This document shows, piece by piece, positions 16,985 to 24,357 of a stretch of 46,379 bases of DNA. A program made the position numbers and the translations under genes. The stretch covers positions 1 through 46,379 of the forward strand of contig PABJ01000116.1 in NCBI GenBank assembly GCA_002699105.1. The letters run 5' to 3'. The notes under the pieces were generated by a model, which saw nothing but the letters and a program-made list of their open reading frames with translations, was not told where the DNA came from and made no database searches. The DNA is from Ectothiorhodospiraceae bacterium. GTDB lineage: Bacteria; Bacteroidota; Ignavibacteria; SZUA-365; GCA-2699105. Numbering within the stretch: position 1 is the stretch's first letter; the number at the start of each line of letters is the position of its first letter.

Positions 16985-18318
16985 ATTATTTGAGGCTGTT
17001 CGCGATACTGATTCTTGCCGGTACTGTTCAGATGCAGGCGCAGTGGAGCGGTTCTCTATCGCTCGGTTCGGGATACGACGATAACGCATTCAGCAATGCA
17101 ACGGCACTAGCGAGCTCCTTTGGATTCGCCAGCGTCGAACTCGGCTACTACCCTGAAGAACCAAATCTTGCGCTGAGCTATGACGGCATGTTGGCGACTT
17201 ATGGCGACTACCCTGAGCGCCGGTACAGCACCCACCAGCTCGTCGGCTCCTATATATTCACGTACAGCGGGAACAGCATGCTGTACACAAACGGCGGTTT
17301 TGGGGTGAGGCTCGATGCGCCGGAATACGAGTATTACGATTACGATCAAGCCTACATTACACTCGGATCCCGGCATTACATCGGGGAGATCATGAACCTG
17401 CGCGCCGGATACCGCTTCCGGTATCGGCAGTACAAGAACTTCAACGATATGTCATACGGAGAGCATATTGGATGGCTAGGCGTGAATACCTCCTTCGAAA
17501 GCCGGACGAGTGTCACTATTCGCGCCGAACTGGGCGCAAAGCAGTACTCGCCGATCGACAATGAGTACACTGCAGCTCCCACACTGCCGCAGCTTGTACT
17601 GGATGGCGGCGGCGGTAACGGTGGAGGCGGCAGCGGCGGCGGTGGTAATGGCGGCGGCGGCAATGGCAGCGGGGGCGAGGGAGGCTCCGGTAACGGCGGA
17701 GAAGGCGGCTCCGGGAATGGGAACGGCGGAAGCGGCATGGGATCCGGTAACGGTATGCATGTTGGAGAGACTACAGTTGGGAGCGGGGGACTGCATTCTA
17801 CGCAGTTTATCACCTACGACAACACGACAACGAGCCAGCTTCGCCTTGCAGCCACGGTCGGGCAATCGATAACTGAAACCACCGGCATCAGCCTCAACTA
17901 CGTGAAGCGGATAAACCTGGACGATCGCTCCAGGGCAGTTGTCGGCGGGACGGTGGACTTCATCGGCGAGGAGGAGCTCTTCGACGATCCGTACAGCTAC
18001 GAGAGCGACGAGGCCACGCTAAAGATCACGCAGGTCATCAATGAGCGAATGACGTTGAAGGTCGCGGGATTTGGCATGGTGAAGGGGTACTCCTACCCAA
18101 GCGACTTATCACTGCTCGATCTCCCAGGCGTACCACTTCGTGAAGACCGCAGATTTGGCGGCTGGGCGATGCTCACGTACCAGGTTCCGGGCTCATGGCT
18201 GCTCTTTTCAGGGCTTGATGTAGGTGTATCCTACGTCTACACCCGCAACGAATCGAATACGAATTGGTACGATTACAGCGCGAACGATATTTCTATCCAG
18301 GTAGGGACTGACTTCTAA
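16981..18318 (+). CDS. Outer-membrane beta-barrel with an internal ~50-aa Gly-rich loop
   Basis: Signal peptide; N-terminal GYDDN strand motif; Tyr-rich amphipathic strands; C-terminal beta-signal ISIQVGTDF. ATGA overlap with the previous gene. Confidence 0.8.
   Translation: MNYLRLFAILILAGTVQMQAQWSGSLSLGSGYDDNAFSNATALASSFGFASVELGYYPEEPNLALSYDGMLATYGDYPERRYSTHQLVGSYIFTYSGNSMLYTNGGFGVRLDAPEYEYYDYDQAYITLGSRHYIGEIMNLRAGYRFRYRQYKNFNDMSYGEHIGWLGVNTSFESRTSVTIRAELGAKQYSPIDNEYTAAPTLPQLVLDGGGGNGGGGSGGGGNGGGGNGSGGEGGSGNGGEGGSGNGNGGSGMGSGNGMHVGETTVGSGGLHSTQFITYDNTTTSQLRLAATVGQSITETTGISLNYVKRINLDDRSRAVVGGTVDFIGEEELFDDPYSYESDEATLKITQVINERMTLKVAGFGMVKGYSYPSDLSLLDLPGVPLREDRRFGGWAMLTYQVPGSWLLFSGLDVGVSYVYTRNESNTNWYDYSANDISIQVGTDF
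17605..17754 (+). repeat. Gly-rich low-complexity coding repeat (GGGGN/S units, GGEGGSGN x2)
   Basis: Encodes GGGGNGGGGSGGGGNGGGGNGSGGEGGSGNGGEGGSGNGNGGSGMGSGNG with mixed Gly codons. Confidence 0.9.
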
Positions 18319-18346
18319 ATCGGCGTATACCTTAGCTGATTTGGCG

Positions 18347-18376
18347 GCGGCGTCCAGTGGGCGCCGCTTTTTTTTT
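18347..18376 (+). terminator. Rho-independent terminator closing the sigma-54 operon
   Basis: GCGGCGTCC-AGT-GGGCGCCGC followed by nine T. Confidence 0.88.
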
Positions 18377-18528
18377 ACTTCGAATAATGACAGCCTCCCG
18401 ACAAACTTATATGCATCAACATAGTAAGTTGTCTGTACAATATATGTTCCTACATATAAATTTCAACCAAATGGGCGGCATACCTTCGGGGATGACCGCC
18501 TACTGGACATAAGAGCTACGGAGGTTCT

Positions 18529-20748
18529 ATGAGATATCTATACACCGTCGCGGTGGCGCTTCTATTGGTGGGAGCGCAATCAGGCTTCGCGACCACACAC
18601 ATCATTACTAACTCGGGGTTTACGTTCAGTCCCGACGACATTACCATCAACGTCGGGGATACGGTAACCTGGAATATCGGCGGCGCGCATAACGTCGTTG
18701 AAGTAAGCCAGGCTACCTGGAATTCCAACGGGAATACACCTCTTAGCGGAGGGTTTTCGCATGGATTCGGTGGGGGGACCACGGTGTTCAGTACTGCCGG
18801 CACGCATTGGTATGTGTGCTCTCCGCATGCAAGTTCAGGCATGAAGGGAAAGATCACCGTAGTCCAGACTACCATTTCCACCAATGCTCTTGCACAATCC
18901 TCGTACTGCAAAGGCGCGAACCTTACAGTCGGATTTACGGCAACAGGTTCGTTCGGCGGCGGAAACACATTCACCGCACAGCTTTCGGATGAGAATGGAA
19001 GCTTTGCCTCGCCGACAAGTATCGGATCAGTGAACGGAACATCTTCAGGCGATATCAGTGCAACGATTCCGCTGAACGCCGCTGATGGCACTGCGTACCG
19101 GATTCGTGTGGTCTCTTCGAGTCCTGTCATTACAGGGACCGATAACGGCAGCGACCTCACGATTGCCTCAACTCCGAGTGCAACGATAACGCCCGCAGGA
19201 CCGACCAGTTTCTGCGAGGGGTCGGACGTGCAGCTCGATGCCAATACCGGCGCCGGACTGACCTATACATGGAAGCGCAACGGAGTGAACATTCCAGGCG
19301 CCACTAATCCGAGCTACACAGCATCGGAAGGTGGATCGTATACCGTGGAAGTTTCAAATGGTACATGCTCGAAGACCTCATCGGCAGTTGTGGTGACGGT
19401 GTTCGATGGCGATCCCTCGTCGCTCACATGGACGGCAGGTGTTGATACGGATTGGAGCACGGTCGGTAATTGGGATAGCCCGTGTGCTGTTCCCGCAGCC
19501 GGCGATACGGTGATGATTCCATCCGGCACAACGCCGCCGCAGAATATCCCCAATATTGAACTGCGCAGATTCGTCCTCGATAATGCCTCAGGTCTGACGC
19601 TGACCAACGACCTTGAAATCACATCCCAGCTTGTGCTCACCAACGGTAAAATCACCCTTGGAAGCTCGAACCTCACTATTGGGCAGTTTGCCTCGATCAG
19701 CGGTGCGGGCAGCAGTACATATATCGTGACGAATGGCACCGGCGAACTCCGGATGGCAGGCATCGGCTCCGGCGGGAAAACAGGTAACATTCTGTTCCCG
19801 GTTGGCAGCGATCAGAATGAGTACACCCCGATCATGTTCGCGAATTCCGGTACAGCCGATCAATTCGGCGTTCGCGTAGCAGACGACGTGCTCGACGGCG
19901 GTACGAGCGGAAATCCCGTTTCGACCGATGTTGTCGATAAGACCTGGTTTATCTCGGAGATCATTCCGGGCAGCAGTAACGCTACGATCACATTTATGTG
20001 GAACCTGGCCGAGGAATTGGCCGGCTTCGACCGGACAATGTGCTTCGTTGCACATCACGACGGTACCGACTGGCTTTCGCTTCAGAATCCCGGCGCGGCA
20101 TCAGGCTCACCGGTGGTTCAGCGTACGGTAAGCGGTGTAACTTCGTTTTCGCCGTTTGCCATTGGAGACGAGCAAAGCGGATTGCCAGTCGAATACCGTA
20201 CGTTTTCTGCGAATGTTGATGACGACCGGGTCGTCCTCCTCTGGGAAACCGAAAGCGAGACGAACAATGCAGGATTCGAGGTACAGCGCACCAGTCAAAA
20301 TGTTGAGGACTGGCAAGCGCTCGGGTTCGTTCCTGCGAATGCTTCCGCACAGTACCGTTACGACGACGCACCGCCTGCTGCAGGCGGCTACATGTACAGA
20401 CTGCGTCAGGTAGATACCGACGGCAGTTACGAATTCTCGCCGATTGTCAGCGTGCAGATGGATGCAGCAGCGAGTGTACTCGAAATCGAATCAGCGTATC
20501 CTAACCCAGTGCAGGCTGCACAGGCTGGAAATGTCACTTTGACGTTCTCTGCACCTGAAGCAGCGCATACCGAAATCGCGCTCTACAATCTCCTCGGAGA
20601 GCGCATGGCTGTCGTCTATGACGGCATAGCGCGGCAAGGCCGGAATACAGTCGTTACGAATCTGGCGGATGTGCCGCCCGGTACGTATATGTACAGACTC
20701 AATCAAGCTGGAAGCGTTGTTTATCGCCAGGTAGTATTACTGCCATAG
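18529..20748 (+). CDS. T9SS-secreted protein with an N-terminal plastocyanin/azurin-like blue-copper domain and Ig-like domains
   Basis: GGAGG SD; signal peptide; F.P..ITINVGDTVTW..GAHNV and YVCSPHASSGMKGKITV (His, Cys, His, Met type-1 Cu ligands); LPVE..F / WETESETNNAGFEVQR module; AYPNPV CTD. Confidence 0.88.
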   Translation: MRYLYTVAVALLLVGAQSGFATTHIITNSGFTFSPDDITINVGDTVTWNIGGAHNVVEVSQATWNSNGNTPLSGGFSHGFGGGTTVFSTAGTHWYVCSPHASSGMKGKITVVQTTISTNALAQSSYCKGANLTVGFTATGSFGGGNTFTAQLSDENGSFASPTSIGSVNGTSSGDISATIPLNAADGTAYRIRVVSSSPVITGTDNGSDLTIASTPSATITPAGPTSFCEGSDVQLDANTGAGLTYTWKRNGVNIPGATNPSYTASEGGSYTVEVSNGTCSKTSSAVVVTVFDGDPSSLTWTAGVDTDWSTVGNWDSPCAVPAAGDTVMIPSGTTPPQNIPNIELRRFVLDNASGLTLTNDLEITSQLVLTNGKITLGSSNLTIGQFASISGAGSSTYIVTNGTGELRMAGIGSGGKTGNILFPVGSDQNEYTPIMFANSGTADQFGVRVADDVLDGGTSGNPVSTDVVDKTWFISEIIPGSSNATITFMWNLAEELAGFDRTMCFVAHHDGTDWLSLQNPGAASGSPVVQRTVSGVTSFSPFAIGDEQSGLPVEYRTFSANVDDDRVVLLWETESETNNAGFEVQRTSQNVEDWQALGFVPANASAQYRYDDAPPAAGGYMYRLRQVDTDGSYEFSPIVSVQMDAAASVLEIESAYPNPVQAAQAGNVTLTFSAPEAAHTEIALYNLLGERMAVVYDGIARQGRNTVVTNLADVPPGTYMYRLNQAGSVVYRQVVLLP

Positions 20749-20775
20749 GCGATTGTGTGCAGCAACGCAAGACCG

Positions 20776-20805
20776 ATAAACGGCGTCCACACGGACGCCG
20801 TTTAT
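20776..20805 (+). terminator. Perfect 13-bp inverted repeat, probable terminator
   Basis: ATAAACGGCGTCC-ACAC-GGACGCCGTTTAT, 27 nt after the stop codon. Confidence 0.75.
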
Positions 20806-20879
20806 GTATGTAGCAGGTGAATGAAACCAAACGGTTGCCATTTTCTTCCGCATTTTTCGCCGATATACAACGCACGCAC

Positions 20880-20904
20880 GCAACAATTGCATAAAACATC
20901 CGTT
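20880..20904 (+). promoter_or_regulatory. Candidate ECF-sigma promoter for the TonB-dependent receptor
   Basis: GCAAC-N16-CGTT fits the common ECF AAC-N16/17-CGT pattern, 35 bp before ATG 20940. Confidence 0.4.
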
Positions 20905-20939
20905 ACATGATGCAGCGAGTAACAATATCAGGACGCATA

Positions 20940-23369
20940 ATGAAGCAAGTGTCACATGCCTGCGCCATCGTGACGGTGGTAATCTCTATCTTCTCCTCAA
21001 CCCTGTTATCAGCAGCGCCTATCGGTGAGCCGAAAGTCATACGCGGCCGCATCGTCGATGCTGAGAAAAAAGCACCCCTGGAATATGCGAACGTCGTGCT
21101 AAAGAATTCGGCCGATTCCTCGCTGGTGCGTGCAACCGTCAGCGGGAAAACCGGGGAGTTCATCCTGCCGAATATTCCATCCGGCAAGTACTACCTCCGT
21201 GTCAGCTTTATCGGCTACGAAGAACGGATGGTAAAGGAGATCAACATCGGAGAAAGCGAACCGGGCGTCAATCTCGGAACGCTGGCGCTCTCGGAGACAG
21301 CCCTGCAGGTTGAGGAAATGACAGTCGAAGCGCAGCGCCCAACCGAGGAGTTCCACCTCGATAAGAAGGTGATAAACGTCTCCGGCTCACCGCAGGCCAC
21401 AGGCGGAACGGCGCTTGATGTGCTGCGCAATCAGCCCTCCGTCCGAGTCGATGCCACGGACAATGTGACGCTGCGGGGCAGCTCCACCTTCACGGTCTTG
21501 GTGAACGGCAGGCCAAGTGTGTTCCAGGGCGCCGACGCATTGAAGCAGATCCCTGCAAACATGATCGATAACATTGAACTCATCACCAACCCTTCCGCCA
21601 AATACGACGCCGAGGGCGCAGCAGGGATAATCAATATTAATCTCAAACAGCAGGCGCAGTACGAAACGAAGGCTATCGTCAATACAACCGCGGGGACGCG
21701 CGATAAATACAGCGGCGATATATCTATCACGCACAGCCTGGGTCCTGTCAATATCAACGGCGGGTTCGATTATCGCGATAATACGTACTGGCAGCTGCAG
21801 CAGATAGAACGCTCGTCGTTTTTGAGTGCGGGCGATATAACAAATAACACAGACGTTAACCGACGCGATAACCGCAGGCAGTACAACGCTCGCCTCGGTG
21901 CGGAGTATAACATCGATCCATCGAATGTTATCTCGTTGACGGGGAGTATCGGCGAAGTGAACATGGAGCGCCGGTTCATCATGAAGGTACACAACTTCGA
22001 TGCACAGGCCGACGACTATACATATATTCACAACGACTTCGATCTGTCTGCACCCTACACCAATGCGGTGTTCTCCTATACGCACCGATTCGAGCCGAAG
22101 ATCAGCGAACTTTCCATAGAGAACAACTTCACCACGGTTGAACTGCCGTTTACGCAGAACACCGATGAGTTTGCCACCGACCCATCGTTCCAGAATAGAT
22201 CGGCCACGCCGATCAGGGAAGATTTTACTACCGATAACTCCCGGTACGAGAACACCGCGAAGATCGATTACTTCTATCAGATATCACCCCAGAGCAAGTT
22301 TGAAATGGGTGCGCAGACGAGAATATCCATGAGGAAGTACGACGTGGCGAATCAGCTCTTCGACTGGGATGCGAATCAGTGGATCACAGATCCGTCGCTG
22401 ACAAACAAGTACGACTTCAAGAACGATGTACACGCAGGATATGCAACGTATTCGAACAGCGTTCTGGACTTCGGATTCCAGGTAGGCCTCCGAGCGGAGT
22501 ACATGGACCGCCTCCTCGAGCAACAGACCCTCGGCGAGGATTACCAGTATGACAAGCTCGACTGGTTCCCCTCGGCAAGCGTATCGCGGAAGTTCGGCGA
22601 GAACCAACTGCAGTTCAGTTACAGCCGCAGGGTAAACCGCCCGAACGAGGTCACCTTGAATCCCTTCCCGTATTACTCCGATTCCTACTTCACAAGTGCA
22701 GGAAATCCCGAGCTTCTGCCGGAGTATATAAACTCCTACGAATTAAACTACCAGCGGCTGTTCGGGCAGACGTTTTTCTCCGTACAGACATACCTGCGCC
22801 GCTCCACCGACGCAATGTGGCAATCGCAGTTCGTGGACGATAACGGCGTATTGACCACCACGTTCGGCAACTTCGCGGAGACCTCATCACTCGGTGTGGA
22901 GATATCGAGCAGCTATCCGCTCACGAAGTGGCTGCGGCTCGATCCGAATGTGAATCTGTTCAACTACACGTTGAAGGGCGATGTGTTCGGTAACAGTATC
23001 GAGACCGACGATTTCACCTGGACGGCGAGGCTCAACGCGACCATCACCGCATCCCCGTCGACACTATTCCAGCTAACGGGTTTCTATATGAGCGAGCAGG
23101 TGCGTCCGCAGTCCGAGGTCGATCCGAGGCTCTATGTGAGCGTTGTTGCGAGGCAGCATCTGTTCGAGCGCGCATTCACGGTGACGCTCAGCGGTTCAAA
23201 TCTCTTTACATCGTCGTACTATGAGGTGAATGCTCTCGGAGAGAATTTCCAGAACTACTTCCTCATAAAGCCCGAAGTACCAATGTTCAACCTGACGCTG
23301 ACGTACAACTTCAACAACTACCGCCAGCGCCCGCGCGGCACGGACGTGGATGTGAACGTTGGCGGATAG
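20940..23369 (+). CDS. TonB-dependent receptor (CarboxypepD_reg-like N domain, plug, OMP_b-brl_3-type barrel)
   Basis: IRGRIVDA...PLEYANV; plug motifs DVLRNQPSV and IELITNPSAKYDAEG.AGIINI; YSRRVNRP; GNPELLPEY; LTLTYNF. An alternative start is at 20907. Confidence 0.92.
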   Translation: MKQVSHACAIVTVVISIFSSTLLSAAPIGEPKVIRGRIVDAEKKAPLEYANVVLKNSADSSLVRATVSGKTGEFILPNIPSGKYYLRVSFIGYEERMVKEINIGESEPGVNLGTLALSETALQVEEMTVEAQRPTEEFHLDKKVINVSGSPQATGGTALDVLRNQPSVRVDATDNVTLRGSSTFTVLVNGRPSVFQGADALKQIPANMIDNIELITNPSAKYDAEGAAGIININLKQQAQYETKAIVNTTAGTRDKYSGDISITHSLGPVNINGGFDYRDNTYWQLQQIERSSFLSAGDITNNTDVNRRDNRRQYNARLGAEYNIDPSNVISLTGSIGEVNMERRFIMKVHNFDAQADDYTYIHNDFDLSAPYTNAVFSYTHRFEPKISELSIENNFTTVELPFTQNTDEFATDPSFQNRSATPIREDFTTDNSRYENTAKIDYFYQISPQSKFEMGAQTRISMRKYDVANQLFDWDANQWITDPSLTNKYDFKNDVHAGYATYSNSVLDFGFQVGLRAEYMDRLLEQQTLGEDYQYDKLDWFPSASVSRKFGENQLQFSYSRRVNRPNEVTLNPFPYYSDSYFTSAGNPELLPEYINSYELNYQRLFGQTFFSVQTYLRRSTDAMWQSQFVDDNGVLTTTFGNFAETSSLGVEISSSYPLTKWLRLDPNVNLFNYTLKGDVFGNSIETDDFTWTARLNATITASPSTLFQLTGFYMSEQVRPQSEVDPRLYVSVVARQHLFERAFTVTLSGSNLFTSSYYEVNALGENFQNYFLIKPEVPMFNLTLTYNFNNYRQRPRGTDVDVNVGG

Positions 23370-23392
23370 TGCCCTTGGGATCGCAGGATTAC

Positions 23393-23417
23393 AAAGCCCG
23401 GCACGAGCCGGGCTTTT
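23393..23417 (+). terminator. Rho-independent terminator
   Basis: AAAGCCCGGC-ACGA-GCCGGGCTTTT. Confidence 0.85.
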
Positions 23418-23537
23418 CTATTGGACCCATCGTTCATCCCGCGGCTTCAGTACTCCGCGCTTTCCGCTTTCATTCTAGCGATACACCCGCTATTTTCTAC
23501 CCATACCCATTTCTCTTCCACAACCCGGGAGTATCAG

Positions 23538-24254
23538 ATGCGTCCTGTTATCTCTTGTTTAGCACTTGCCATTCTTATTTGCATTGCCTCGCCGCTTTCA
23601 GCCCAGCATAACGACAAACCTGAGTTCGAATACGATCCACCCCAGTCCGCTTATGCAGGGGAGGTGTTCGAAATGAACATAACGCTTGACGGTAAGCCAG
23701 ATGCAGCAACGTACACACATACCGTCCTTATTGGAGAGACTGTTCTTGCAGAAAGGAATGGAGTAGACGTCTCGGTCATGGTTCCGGCGGATGCGATCGG
23801 CCAGCAGTTAATTGTCAAGCCGAAATATGACGGAGAATCGTACGGGCCGATGCGCGTTGAGCGCGAAACAAGCGACGATATGTACGGCCTCTCATTTCCG
23901 ATCACCGCTGCCATGCCTCATCTGGTGGAGAATTCATTCGTCACAGGCGGAGAGTATTCTGTGAATGATGAGTTCGAATTTGTAGCGTTGCGCTGCGGTC
24001 GATGTGAAGCCGGCAACATCCAGAACATCGATAGGGAAGATATCCGGATCGTTGTGGAGACGGAGGACGGCAGGGATCTTTTCGATCACGCCATGGTGGT
24101 GGATCGGAAAAACCCGACAACAGGCGCGGATGCCGGGACGATGGTGAAGTTCTACCTCCGGGGAAAGACGGATGAAAACGGAACGGAGGCAGTGATTCGC
24201 GTGACCTACGGCGCAGTCCACAAAGAATTTTACGTGGTTCTTTTCCCGAACTAG
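23538..24254 (+). CDS. Secreted hypothetical beta-rich protein with a CxxC motif
   Basis: GGAG SD and start MRPVISCL; signal peptide ending LSAQ; RCGRCE; no family recognised. Confidence 0.7.
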   Translation: MRPVISCLALAILICIASPLSAQHNDKPEFEYDPPQSAYAGEVFEMNITLDGKPDAATYTHTVLIGETVLAERNGVDVSVMVPADAIGQQLIVKPKYDGESYGPMRVERETSDDMYGLSFPITAAMPHLVENSFVTGGEYSVNDEFEFVALRCGRCEAGNIQNIDREDIRIVVETEDGRDLFDHAMVVDRKNPTTGADAGTMVKFYLRGKTDENGTEAVIRVTYGAVHKEFYVVLFPN

Positions 24255-24261
24255 TGCGATT

Positions 24262-24299
24262 GAGTCAATTGGGAGCCCGTCGAGGCTTCCAGTTGACTC
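24262..24299 (+). other. 16-bp RNA hairpin just after the stop codon (3' stabiliser or terminator)
   Basis: GAGTCAATTGGGAGCC-CGTCGA-GGCTTCCAGTTGACTC; both mismatches are G.U on the + strand; no U-tract. Confidence 0.55.
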
Positions 24300-24357
24300 T
24301 ATGGATATGAGTGCGTACTTTCCTGTGGTCGTATTTAATACCACCGGGGGTTAAGTT

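Noticed and set aside
23310-23369. TonB receptor not ending in a terminal Phe
   Set aside because: A short tail after the last strand (YNF) is usual for this FCB receptor type and is not evidence of a frameshift.
24336-24350. TAATACCACCGGGGG resembling a CsoR-type operator
   Set aside because: It lacks the closing GTAT half-site, and the G-run is adequately explained as the RBS of the VWA gene.
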